A stretch of DNA of 64,000 bases from an uncultured delta proteobacterium (lineage in GTDB: Bacteria; Desulfobacterota; Desulfobacteria; Desulfobacterales; B30-G6). The notes below the pieces were generated by a model that saw only the letters and a program-made list of their open reading frames with translations, ran no database searches and was not told the origin of the DNA. The stretch spans positions 96,001 through 160,000 of the forward strand of contig CAWGLD010000001.1 in the NCBI GenBank assembly GCA_963823335.1, in the 5' to 3' direction. Each line of letters begins with the position of its first letter. Positions within the stretch are counted from its first letter, which is position 1. Shown here piece by piece: positions 54,153 to 64,000 of this stretch. The position numbers were made by a program, and so were the translations under genes.

Positions 54153-55532
54153 ATGAAACTCAATTTTGTCAACATTATGCACGATCTGTACAATCTTGAT
54201 TCGACGGCGAACATCTCCCAACCGCCAGTGCCGCTTGGGGTCTTGAATTCCGTAACGCCCAAAGCCATCGAGACTGCCCTGATTGACGAGCAGACAGACA
54301 AGGTCCGATACGACGGCGATGTGTTTGCATTTACCCTGGCGACCCAGTTCACCGGCAAAGCCTACCGTTATGCTGACGAGTTGCGCGCGGCCGGCAAGAA
54401 AGTCATCATGGGCGGTATTCATGTCACCGTCCGCCCGGAGGAGGCCATGCGCCACGCGGATGCAATAGTAACCGGTGAGGCCGAAACCATCTGGCCGACG
54501 GTTTGCGAAGACCTTCTGGCGGGAACACTCAAGGAGCGGTACACCGGCTCGCCCACGCCTCCCTCGCGGATGGTGCCAACCGACTACCATTTCTTCGGGG
54601 ACCGGCCCTACCTAACGCCGGCCTCTCTCTTTGCCACCCGGGGTTGCAATCACCGGTGCTCTTTCTGCGTGAGTTCACGCTTCATGGGGCCGTTTCGGAT
54701 CAAGCCGCTGGCGGTGCTCGAAAGGGAGATCGATCAACTGCAGGAACTCTATCCGGCCGCATACCTGCAGTTCACGGATGACAACCTTCTGGCCGATCGG
54801 GGCTACGCTTCTGAGGTGCTCGCCTTGTTGCGCCGGAAGAAGCGACGTTTTGTCACGATGGTGACGCTCGACCAGTTCTGCGATAGTGCTCTCATGCAGA
54901 AAATGGCCAGTTCCGGTTGCCTGGGTGTCGCGGTGGGGGTCGAATCCGTGGACGACGATAACTGTCTCTCCGTGTGCAAGCGCCAAAACGTAGGCCAACC
55001 ATTCCCGGAGGCCGTCCGCCGTGCGAACGAACTGGGGATCCAGGTAGCCGCCCTCCTCATGGTGGGCCTCCCTCACGACACACCGGAAAGGCTTGTGCGC
55101 ACCCAACGCTACCTTGAAGAGGTTCCGTGTGCACTGTACGACCTGCGCGTTCTGCGCATCTATCCAGGTTCCCCGCTCTACGACAGCATGCTCTCCAGCG
55201 GTAACGTGACGGACGCCTGGTGGCTGGGAAAAGAACCCGTAGCGACCAACTATTTTCTTCCCGGTCATCTGCGCGTGCACTTCAAGCACCCCCATTTCAG
55301 CCCGATGCAGCTTCAGCAGTCGACGCTCAAGCTCACGAGCGAACTAGACAGGATGAACGCAGGCACCGTTGCAAACGTAATGCGCGTCGGCCGCCGGGGA
55401 GGTGCGAAGAAGTTCGCGGCCTTGATCTTGGCTGCCCGAAGCCGGGTGGCGAAGCAGGCGCGGGGGTTTCTGGCGCAGGTGGAACAATCCATGGAAATGG
55501 AAACGCCGCTGGCCCGAGACACATCTGAGTAG
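54153..55532 (+). CDS. B12-binding-domain radical SAM protein
   Basis: MGGIH, RGCNHRCSFC, DDN, GVES. Confidence 0.9.
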   Translation: MKLNFVNIMHDLYNLDSTANISQPPVPLGVLNSVTPKAIETALIDEQTDKVRYDGDVFAFTLATQFTGKAYRYADELRAAGKKVIMGGIHVTVRPEEAMRHADAIVTGEAETIWPTVCEDLLAGTLKERYTGSPTPPSRMVPTDYHFFGDRPYLTPASLFATRGCNHRCSFCVSSRFMGPFRIKPLAVLEREIDQLQELYPAAYLQFTDDNLLADRGYASEVLALLRRKKRRFVTMVTLDQFCDSALMQKMASSGCLGVAVGVESVDDDNCLSVCKRQNVGQPFPEAVRRANELGIQVAALLMVGLPHDTPERLVRTQRYLEEVPCALYDLRVLRIYPGSPLYDSMLSSGNVTDAWWLGKEPVATNYFLPGHLRVHFKHPHFSPMQLQQSTLKLTSELDRMNAGTVANVMRVGRRGGAKKFAALILAARSRVAKQARGFLAQVEQSMEMETPLARDTSE

Positions 55533-55539
55533 CACGTTA

Positions 55540-55715
55540 CCGAATCATTAGCATCGTTCCTACCGTTGCTGCATTTTGAGCACTTCACGGGTGTCCGCCT
55601 TGTTGCAGCACCTCTTATGCTCTATCTATCTTGGATGGGTTGTCGAATTACTTTTCTTGCTTTTCTTGTACTTGCTTTACTATCGGATGCAATTGATGGT
55701 TTTATTGCGAGAAAA
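55540..55715 (+). pseudogene. CDP-alcohol phosphatidyltransferase N-terminal remnant
   Basis: T..RL..AP and SDAIDGFIARK motif, then loss of similarity. Confidence 0.55.
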
Positions 55716-56047
55716 CGGATGCGCGCCGCGCGGAGTCTTATTTCTTCGATGTGTTTCCCCGGTTTGGGAACCTGGAGTTGATGATGCTTTCGCTTATCGA
55801 GGGCGTAAGGGAAAATTGTTATATCGTCACCTCGGCTGGACTCGCCTGAGCCTGTGATATCCCGAGACAACATCCATGTAAAAAGCTATTCCCTTGACCC
55901 ATTCTGCCAAATCAGGTATTGATTTTATAGTCGCTTAAATCACATCTGATCTGATGCTGGATCTCATTTCCAACGGACCTGAATCTCGACCTGTCCGTAC
56001 TTCCAAGACGTATCATCTTCTTCAAACCCTAACCAGAAGGTGATCTA

Positions 56048-59000
56048 ATGCCCACAGACCAAGATAAAACCATTCGTAAACTCAGAGCCATCCTCAGTGC
56101 TGATGTTAAAGGTTATTCCCTCCTGATGGCAAACGATGAAGCTTTCACGATAAAGACACTCAAAGCTTATCGAAACATCATGTCCGACTTGATTAAACAG
56201 CATAACGGTCGTGTTGTGGACTCTCCTGGCGATAATGTTCTGGCTGAATTTTCCAGTGTTGTTGATGCGGTGACATGTGCAACGGAAGTTCAGAATGTTC
56301 TCAAAGCGAAGAATGATGACCTTCCTGATGATAAAAAGTTGGAATTTCGTATCGGAGTCAACATAGGTGATGTTGTTCAGGATGGAGATCGTATTTATGG
56401 CAATGGCGTAAATGTAGCTGCCCGTATCGAAGGTCTTGCTGAACCAGGCGGAGTATCTATTTCCCGCAATGCATATGGTCAAATAAAAGATAAGCTGACA
56501 TTTGGGTACGAATACATTGGCGAACATGAAGTTAAAAACATCAAGGATCCGATCAGGGTTTACAAGGTTCTAATGGATCCTGCGGACTCTGGTAAATTGA
56601 TCGGTGAAGAACCGAGGCGTCCGAGAAAGAAATGGTTTTTACCTGTAGCTGTCGTTGCCGCAATCATTGTGACATCTACCGTTTGGTATATTTACCAAAG
56701 CGTTTCAAAACCAGACATTGAGCCCGCGGTTATCGAAAAGATGGCATATCAGTTGCCAGACAAACCATCTATAGCCGTCTTAGCCTTTACCAATATGAGT
56801 GGTGAAAAAGAACAGGAGTATTTCTGTGATGGCCTGTCTGAGGGGATCATCAACGGTCTCGCCAAATCCGATCGCCTTTTTGTGATCGCCCGAAACTCCA
56901 CCTTTACTTATAAGGGTAAACCCGTAATGGTTAAGCAGGTGGCCGAAGATCTGGGAGTTCGTTATGTGCTGGAGGGGAGCATTCAAAAAGTTGGCGGCAG
57001 GGTGCGCATCACAGCTCAGCTCATCGATGCCCTGAGCGGACATCACCTTTTCTCTGAACGGTATGACCGGGAGTTGAAGGATGTCCTGAACCTGCAAGAT
57101 GAAATCACGATGAAAGTGCTAACGGTAGTGCAGGTAAAATTAACCGTGGGAGAGGGTGCGCTTGTCAGTGCAAAGGGGACCAAAAACCTTGATGCATATT
57201 TGAAAGTCTTGCAGGCTCGTGAGCATAAGGGCGGTATAATGAATAAAGAGCGGGTTGAAAAAGCCATTCAGTTGCTTGAGGAGGCCATTGCCTTGGACCC
57301 TGAATATTCATATGCTTACTCTATCCTGTCTACCGCCCATATGGACCTGGTTGCTCTTGGCGCAAGCGACTCGCCCAGAGAATCCCTGCGGCGATCCATT
57401 GAGCTGGGAAATAAGGCTGTCGCCCTGGATGAATCCAATCCATCCGCTCACGCAAATTTGGCATTTCCTTATATGCTCCTCGGTGAGTACGATAAGGGCA
57501 TTTTGGAGGCTGAAAAGGGCGTGTCCCTCGCCCCCAATTATGCCGGGGGATACTTTGCGTTGGGAGCCGTACTCGCCACGGCCGGTCGGCATCAAGAAGC
57601 TATCCCTGTTTTCAAAAAGTGCCTTCGTCTAAGCCCCGTACCCGTACACAGCCAAGTCCTGGGTATGCTGGCCACTTCATATTTAGCGGTGGGCCAATTT
57701 GAGGAAGGGATAGCCACATACAAAAAGGTACTGCATATCTATGGCCCAGATCAGTTGCCAGCACACCTGGGACTGGCTGGTACCTATGCATTTATGGGTC
57801 GCGAAAAAGAAGCACGTGCTGAAGGCGCAGAAGTCATGAGGATCGATCCTGAGTTCTCCGTGGAACGCTACTTAAAGTCACGCCCTTATAATCAGTCCAG
57901 AAAAGATCGCATCGAAGCCGCCTTACGCAAGGCGGGGCTTCCTGATAAACCACCACAGTCACTTCCTGACAAACCATCTATCGCGGTCCTTCCATTCACA
58001 AACATGAGCAATGATCCAGAACAGGAATATTTCAGTGATGGTATGACCGATGAATTAATCGGTGACTTGGCAAAGATAAAGGATCTTTTGGTCATATCCC
58101 GCAACTCAGCGTTTACCTATAAAGGGAAGTCCACAAAAGTTCAGCAAATCGCAGAAGAGCTCAACGTTCGATATATTCTTGAAGGTAGCGTACAAAAGTC
58201 AGGGAACAAGGTGCGTATAAGAGCTCAGTTGATTGATGGGAAAACCGATTATCACCTTTGGTCTGAAAGCTACGATGGTAAAATGGATGACATCTTTGAA
58301 CTGCAGGATAAAATTACAGGTAAAATTGTATCTGCTCTCGCACTAAAGCTATCACCATCTGAAACTGATAAAGTTGCATCTAAAGGGACAGATAGTATTT
58401 TAGCCCATGATCTATATTTGAAAGGAAATGCATATTTAAGACGATGGTCACCGGATGATTTAGTAAAGGCGATTGATTCGTATGAAAAAGCAGTCGAGCT
58501 GGATCCAAACTATAGTCATGCATATGTTGGATTAGCACAAGCCTACCGTAAAAACGTACTCGGTGGTAAGTCCTTTCAAGATAAAACAGGCCAAGATTTT
58601 GGTGGATCTCACATTTTAATGCGCCATTACCTTGAATTGGCGATGAAAAATCCAACGCCAGACGCCTATAGTCTTCTCGCCATGTTTGAGATAAGAAGGC
58701 GGCATTACAAAGAAGCATTAACACTTGCAGAAAAAGCTGTGACCTTCGCCCCCAATAGTGCCGATGCTTTAAGAATCTTAGGAATAATATTAACCTATAT
58801 CGATAAGCCGAAGGCGGCAATCCCAATTATTAAACAGGCAATAAGGCTGAACCCTTTAGAAGGGAATTTTGAATTAGGGTTTGCCTATATGGCAATGGGA
58901 AATTATGAAAAAGCTATAGAATCAGTTCAGAAAAGCTTGGCGGATAATCCACAGTTTCTACAACCGCATATGGTTGCTGCTGCATCCTATGCCCATCTTG

Positions 59001-59509
59001 GCCATGAAGATGAAGCTAAAAAGGCATTCAATGAGTATTTAAAGTTATGGTTTGATGGGTATTACCCCGACATGCAATTTCTCTATTTTATGTACTGTTT
59101 TAACAACCCGGACGTGTTTGCTCGGTTCATCGAAGGTCTAGTCAAAGCCGGTTATAAGAAAGATTCCAGAGGTTACTATCCGGTTGATGAAGCAAACAAG
59201 CTCACTGGACCTGAGATAAGAAAACTGCTTTTCGGAAAGACTGCGAATTTATCCATTAGCGGAGTGGATTATATTTTGGTTAGGAGTAAAGAAGGGGAAT
59301 TGAAACTTAGTATACCAAGCTATAAGCTATCATTTAAGGGGAAGAGCTGGATAAAAGGTGATATGGTTTGTAATCAATATGAGAATTTATGGGAAGGTAT
59401 TCAATCTTGTAACGATATTTATTACAACCCCGGGGGAAATGCTATTGAAAATAGCCAGTACTTATCTCTTACAGATGCCTTGCTTCTACCATTTTCGGTT
59501 GAGGACTAA
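56048..59509 (+). CDS. Adenylate cyclase with TM segment and two tandem TolB-N/TPR modules
   Basis: Cyclase motifs; hydrophobic WFLPVAVVAAIIV; DKPSIAVL appears twice. Confidence 0.9.
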   Translation: MPTDQDKTIRKLRAILSADVKGYSLLMANDEAFTIKTLKAYRNIMSDLIKQHNGRVVDSPGDNVLAEFSSVVDAVTCATEVQNVLKAKNDDLPDDKKLEFRIGVNIGDVVQDGDRIYGNGVNVAARIEGLAEPGGVSISRNAYGQIKDKLTFGYEYIGEHEVKNIKDPIRVYKVLMDPADSGKLIGEEPRRPRKKWFLPVAVVAAIIVTSTVWYIYQSVSKPDIEPAVIEKMAYQLPDKPSIAVLAFTNMSGEKEQEYFCDGLSEGIINGLAKSDRLFVIARNSTFTYKGKPVMVKQVAEDLGVRYVLEGSIQKVGGRVRITAQLIDALSGHHLFSERYDRELKDVLNLQDEITMKVLTVVQVKLTVGEGALVSAKGTKNLDAYLKVLQAREHKGGIMNKERVEKAIQLLEEAIALDPEYSYAYSILSTAHMDLVALGASDSPRESLRRSIELGNKAVALDESNPSAHANLAFPYMLLGEYDKGILEAEKGVSLAPNYAGGYFALGAVLATAGRHQEAIPVFKKCLRLSPVPVHSQVLGMLATSYLAVGQFEEGIATYKKVLHIYGPDQLPAHLGLAGTYAFMGREKEARAEGAEVMRIDPEFSVERYLKSRPYNQSRKDRIEAALRKAGLPDKPPQSLPDKPSIAVLPFTNMSNDPEQEYFSDGMTDELIGDLAKIKDLLVISRNSAFTYKGKSTKVQQIAEELNVRYILEGSVQKSGNKVRIRAQLIDGKTDYHLWSESYDGKMDDIFELQDKITGKIVSALALKLSPSETDKVASKGTDSILAHDLYLKGNAYLRRWSPDDLVKAIDSYEKAVELDPNYSHAYVGLAQAYRKNVLGGKSFQDKTGQDFGGSHILMRHYLELAMKNPTPDAYSLLAMFEIRRRHYKEALTLAEKAVTFAPNSADALRILGIILTYIDKPKAAIPIIKQAIRLNPLEGNFELGFAYMAMGNYEKAIESVQKSLADNPQFLQPHMVAAASYAHLGHEDEAKKAFNEYLKLWFDGYYPDMQFLYFMYCFNNPDVFARFIEGLVKAGYKKDSRGYYPVDEANKLTGPEIRKLLFGKTANLSISGVDYILVRSKEGELKLSIPSYKLSFKGKSWIKGDMVCNQYENLWEGIQSCNDIYYNPGGNAIENSQYLSLTDALLLPFSVED

Positions 59510-59746
59510 AAGTACTTATTAATACAAGATACCTGTCATAGATCACGCTTTTAGAGGCTTAAGAAACCTTCACTATCTGGTACTCTCCAACATATGCTGA
59601 TCCCCCCTCTATTTCAGATCAAAACCTACCAAATGGGAAACATTGTGATATCGTCACCTCAGTGGAGTCACCTGAATCTTGGATATCATATCAAACCTAA
59701 CATCGCCCGGCTGTATGATGAACTCGAAAATGCAATTGTTGACCTA

Positions 59747-60014
59747 TTACCTTTGCACCGGTGATCATGTACAGCGCCATAGAGTGGGCAAGCTTAACAT
59801 CAAATCCGGCCTCTTGTAGCCCATCAACAAGCCAATACCAGTTGATGGTCGCTTCTACGACTACAGGTGGCCTTGGAGAAAATGATTCAAGCGCATATAA
59901 AATGGTCCCAAGATCATTTTTTAATTTCTCTTTTAGTAAAATCTTGTCCTTGTCATCAATGACACACAGAAAAGAATTCGTTGCGTGAAGATCAATTCCA
60001 CAGTAAAATTTCAT
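59747..60014 (-). pseudogene. IS110-family transposase N-terminal fragment
   Basis: YCGIDLH, VVEAT.NWYWL.D.L; frame breaks after GAKV. Confidence 0.85.
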
Positions 60015-60176
60015 GATAGGCCTCCTCAGTTGGGGTTGAATGATAGTTGCCAGACTATACATTCTACCCTAAAAGGAGGCCGCCTTTAATAATTATCAAC
60101 TTTTCGGAGAGTGTTCGCAGGTGTTGATGAGTTGGAGTAATCGGCAATTTTAATCGGCCTGATCAACTGAGCATTA

Positions 60177-60710
60177 CTAATGCTCGATACCAACTTGTGC
60201 CTTGACACCCATTTTGTACGGGTGCTTTGTATCTTTCATCTCAGTCACGAGATCGGCCATGTCCAGGATAAGGTCTGATGCATTTCGTCCCGTGAGGATA
60301 ATATGGATATGAGGTGGCCTCATTTCTAAAATTTCACACAACGCTTTTTCTTTTAAAAGTCCAAAATCGATCGCCACCAGGATTTCATCTAAAATAATCA
60401 TACCACAGTCGGAATGGAGCAAAACATCTCGAAAATATTTCAATCCTCTGTCTGCAAGGTATATGTCCAGCGGTTCACAGACTCTTGATTGGACAAATCC
60501 CGGACGCCCGAATCTTTTTACATCGATGGGAAGACTGCATTTCGTCAAGGCATCTATTTCGCCGATATTCCCCTGCCCCTTCATAAATTGAATAATGAGG
60601 ACTTTGACTCCATGCCCGGCTGCCCTCAGTGAAAGTCCAAATGCAGCAGTCGTTTTCCCTTTCCCGTCTCCCGTGTAGACAATAATCAATCCTGAGGTGG
60701 TTTTTTGCAA
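60177..60710 (-). CDS. cobO: Cob(I)yrinic acid a,c-diamide adenosyltransferase (CobO/BtuR)
   Basis: YTGDGKGKTTAAFG, QFMK, ILDE, LTGR, ADLVTEM. Confidence 0.93.
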   Translation of the reverse strand: MQKTTSGLIIVYTGDGKGKTTAAFGLSLRAAGHGVKVLIIQFMKGQGNIGEIDALTKCSLPIDVKRFGRPGFVQSRVCEPLDIYLADRGLKYFRDVLLHSDCGMIILDEILVAIDFGLLKEKALCEILEMRPPHIHIILTGRNASDLILDMADLVTEMKDTKHPYKMGVKAQVGIEH

Positions 60711-60841
60711 ATTAGTACTCCTGTGTTTAATCGTTGTTTATACAATCGCTATTTCATCAGAAATGACTTTCCCCTGAAATGTTTGTTTCCAAGTACCGAA
60801 ACGTCTCGAAGCCACGACAAGTGTGATCGTGTGCCCTTCTC

Positions 60842-61987
60842 TTATCTATTAGGGATTTTGATTGTAAACCGGCTCCCCTCTCCCACAACCGAATCCACAC
60901 CAATGGATCCACCATGCTGAGCGATAATCTTATTGGATAGAAAAAGCCCCAACCCGGTTCCCTCACGGCCTTTTGAAGAGAAAAAAAGTGAAAACAGATT
61001 GTCCCGGGTTTCGATGTCCATCCCGATACCGTTGTCACTGATGATAAAGAAAAGATGCTTTTCGTCATTCTTGACCGAAAATACTATTTTGTGCTTTTTA
61101 TCCTCATGATTCCTCATACAGGCATCGATGGCATTCTCGAGGATGTTGATGAGGGCGGAGTGCACAAATCCAGCATCGATATGAATTTTGTCCACAGAGA
61201 AATCGAAATCTTCTACCAGGGTGATATTCAGTGTTTTGCTCTTGGGTTTAACCACCCGGATGACATCTTTGGCAAAGGTGAGAATATCAATCTCCTCACG
61301 TCTCAGATTTCTCTCTTTTGCGTAAAACAGGATGTCGCTCACCATCCGTCGAATCCGCTCCACCATCATTTTGAGGATATCACCACCTTCCTCGATCTTC
61401 ATGAGGTCTTTGGCCTTCAATCCTGATCCGAGAAGATAGAGACCGCCATCCAGACCGGTCAGCAGCCCCTTGATCCCGTGTGAAATAGATCCTACCATGA
61501 GACCCAGGTTTGAGAGGTTGTCCTGAAGTTCGGTTTTTTCACGGATGAGTCGTTCAAGGTTCTCGGTGTATTTCTGGAGTTGCTTCCGAGTGATAATCTT
61601 TTCTTCGACCCTTTTCAGGGAGATTTCGAGCGCATCGACGTTAATGGGTTTGGTAATAAAATCGGTGGCGCGATGCTTCAGACTTTTGATGGCCAGGTCT
61701 ATGTCACCGTGGCCAGTGATCATGATGACTTCCGCTTCGGGATTTTCACGTTTGATGCGCTGCAGGAGTTCGATGCCATCCATGACGGGCATCTTGATGT
61801 CGCTCAGAACAATGGGGGGCCTTTCCGACAGGAAGGTTTCCCATGCTGTTTTGCCATTTGCTGCAGTCAACACCTGGTATCCCATGTCCGACAACGTCAT
61901 ACCGAGGACATCACGGATATCTTCTTCGTCGTCCACCAGAAGAATTTTTTTCTTGTCTTGGGATGTGTTCATTATGTGTTCACCCAA
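60842..61987 (-). CDS. Receiver-histidine kinase hybrid
   Basis: LVDDE, DIKMP, ITGHG; H-box SH, NAIDA, GTGLGL. Confidence 0.92.
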   Translation of the reverse strand: MGEHIMNTSQDKKKILLVDDEEDIRDVLGMTLSDMGYQVLTAANGKTAWETFLSERPPIVLSDIKMPVMDGIELLQRIKRENPEAEVIMITGHGDIDLAIKSLKHRATDFITKPINVDALEISLKRVEEKIITRKQLQKYTENLERLIREKTELQDNLSNLGLMVGSISHGIKGLLTGLDGGLYLLGSGLKAKDLMKIEEGGDILKMMVERIRRMVSDILFYAKERNLRREEIDILTFAKDVIRVVKPKSKTLNITLVEDFDFSVDKIHIDAGFVHSALINILENAIDACMRNHEDKKHKIVFSVKNDEKHLFFIISDNGIGMDIETRDNLFSLFFSSKGREGTGLGLFLSNKIIAQHGGSIGVDSVVGEGSRFTIKIPNR

Positions 61988-62073
61988 ATTTCAATGTTAA
62001 ATTCTAACTATGTGATCGAAGAACCTCGCCATAATAGCGACAACGTCATGTTTAATAAATTCATTTCACGACG

Positions 62074-64000
62074 TTATTGGGATACCGGAAACGACACAAT
62101 AAAGCAGGCGCCCTGGTCCTTGTTCGGCAAGGCCTTGATCATACCCCCGCAGTCTTTGACAATGCCGTAGCTGATCGAGAGACCTAAGCCGGTACCCGCA
62201 CCCACTTCCTTGGTGGTGAAAAAAGGTTCGAAAATCTTGTCCGCAACATGTTTTGGAATGCCGACACCGGTATCGCAGACCTCAACGATGACCCGGTCTT
62301 CGTCTTTGTAGGTTCGGAGTGTAATCCGTTCTTCATGACCGGCCCGGCTTGTAGTAGACATTTTCTCCTCGATGGCGTCCCTGGCATTGAGTAGAAGATT
62401 GATGAATACCTGTTCAAGACGACTCGGATCGGCATAGATTTTGGGCAATTCCGGGTGCAGATCCTTGATGACGGCGATGCCCCTAACTTTCAGCTGCTGG
62501 CTGAAAATTTCGAATGCATTCACGAGGACGTCGTTGATGGATATTTTCTCCATTGCCATGTCCGTTTTTCTGGCAAACTGCCGCATGTGATTGATAATCC
62601 GGGCAGCCCGGTCGACATTGCTGTCCACTTTTGTCAGCATGGTATCCAGGATCTCTTTTTTAATGGTTTCGCCGTGGTTGATCTTCCTGATGAAAAAACT
62701 ACTGGCGGTCTTGATAACGGACAGCGGTTGATTCAGTTCATGGGCAACGCCCGTTGCCATCTCGCCCAGTGTGGCCATTTTGCTGGCCTGGATTAGCTGC
62801 TGTTCCGCTTCCAGGCGTTTGGTGATGTCGCTGGTGGTGACCAGGAGGACCTCTTGTCCGGAATATTCGGAGAGGGATACGCGAATATTGACATAAAGCT
62901 CCTTGCCGGTTTTTGTCAGATGTTTAGCCTGGTTAATGATGGTATCTGTCTTTAGCCTGGCGGCGTAGGTGTCCTTTTCTTCTTTACGGAACAGGTTCAG
63001 AAAGGAACTATTGATAAGGTCACCGGTTGTAAATCCATATACCGACTCTGCACTCATGTTACAGTCCAGGATCGTGAGGGTCTGGATGTCGAGTACAAAC
63101 ACCGGATTGGGTATGTTGCTGAAGATAGCATGATATTTCTTTTCCGACCTTTCCAGATCGACTTCGAGTTGCCGCCGTTCTGAAATATCGTGAGAGATTT
63201 CCATGGCGGCAACAACATCGCCCTTATCGTTGACGATGGGTGATGTTCGTACGATCCAGTGTTTGGTGGTACCGTCTTTGTCAATGCCGGTTTCTTCCGT
63301 GGAGTAAGATTTACCATCCGCAAATGTCCATTCAACCGGACAGCGCTCACACTTTTCCGAGCGGCCTTTGTAGGCGTGGTAGCAGAAATCCCCGGGAACG
63401 GGGTCGAAACGATTCGAAAACTCTTTATTATAACGTAGCAGCTTGAAATTTCGATTCTGTACGGTAATGAGGCAGGGTACCTGTTCAAACAGCTGCATAT
63501 ATTCATCCCGCTGCTTGTTGAGGGCTGTTTCATGTTCGGCGATTTCGGATCCCATTTTATCGATGGCATCCCCTAACTGACCCATTTCATCCTTCTGTGA
63601 AAGCTCGGATTTGCTGTCATAGTCGCCTTTTGCAATGTCCTGGGTTCGGGCGATGAGTTTTTTAACGGGACGGTTGATAAACCTTAGCACGAAAAAAAAG
63701 ATGATCGTGGAAGTGAGCAGAAAAACAGATATCGACATAAAGATGATGCCGCGCTGAAGGTGGTACAAGGACGCATCTGTTTCTTCCAGAGAGACCACCA
63801 GATCCAGGGCTCCGAGAATTTTCTTGTCCCGGGGGTGGACGTGACAATCATCCGTGGAACAGCCTGGTTCGTTGCGGATAGGGCTAATGATGCCGAGGAG
63901 TCGATATCCCTTGGTATCGTTGAAGATACGCGTTCTTTCATGAAGAGCGATTTCGGAAAGGGGTGGCTCTGATCGATGGCAGATGTCGCAGGCTTCGGCC
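62074..64000 (-). CDS. Membrane sensor histidine kinase (HAMP-PAS-PAS-HisKA-HATPase); 5' end beyond the window
   Basis: AHELNQP, NARDA, GTGLGLS; frame appears open to the window edge with C..CH motifs in the sensor part. Confidence 0.88.
   Translation of the reverse strand, partial: AEACDICHRSEPPLSEIALHERTRIFNDTKGYRLLGIISPIRNEPGCSTDDCHVHPRDKKILGALDLVVSLEETDASLYHLQRGIIFMSISVFLLTSTIIFFFVLRFINRPVKKLIARTQDIAKGDYDSKSELSQKDEMGQLGDAIDKMGSEIAEHETALNKQRDEYMQLFEQVPCLITVQNRNFKLLRYNKEFSNRFDPVPGDFCYHAYKGRSEKCERCPVEWTFADGKSYSTEETGIDKDGTTKHWIVRTSPIVNDKGDVVAAMEISHDISERRQLEVDLERSEKKYHAIFSNIPNPVFVLDIQTLTILDCNMSAESVYGFTTGDLINSSFLNLFRKEEKDTYAARLKTDTIINQAKHLTKTGKELYVNIRVSLSEYSGQEVLLVTTSDITKRLEAEQQLIQASKMATLGEMATGVAHELNQPLSVIKTASSFFIRKINHGETIKKEILDTMLTKVDSNVDRAARIINHMRQFARKTDMAMEKISINDVLVNAFEIFSQQLKVRGIAVIKDLHPELPKIYADPSRLEQVFINLLLNARDAIEEKMSTTSRAGHEERITLRTYKDEDRVIVEVCDTGVGIPKHVADKIFEPFFTTKEVGAGTGLGLSISYGIVKDCGGMIKALPNKDQGACFIVSFPVSQ

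Overview
A 64-kb accessory region, probably from a Desulfobacterota-like anaerobe (inferred from gene content and repeat types). The main unexplained structure is a ~175-bp non-coding module repeated 11 times in direct orientation from 185 to 21301. Four partial or diverged copies lie at 45.6-51.9 kb. Each copy separates one or two unrelated cargo genes, like an integron cassette array, but it has no attC consensus. Each module carries a CTCCA core at both ends, flanked by half-arms that together form a palindrome (GTGATTT-ctccat-AAATCAC). It also holds a fixed-spacing sigma70-type promoter facing the cargo and a TATC-N21-GATA inverted motif. An apparently fused or empty site is present at 50654. 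No recombinase is encoded in the window. A 3'-truncated CL1-like group II intron and a second intron fragment both sit exactly at the right end of a module copy. Other content: three adenylate cyclase-TolB/TPR paralogues with a shared leader, IS256, IS110 and IS3 pieces, MITE and REP-like repeats, a VapC/Phd toxin-antitoxin pair, a sigma54-controlled SDR/Liv-ABC/acyl-CoA synthetase operon flanked by a 537-bp direct repeat, cobO/btuR and two-component genes.
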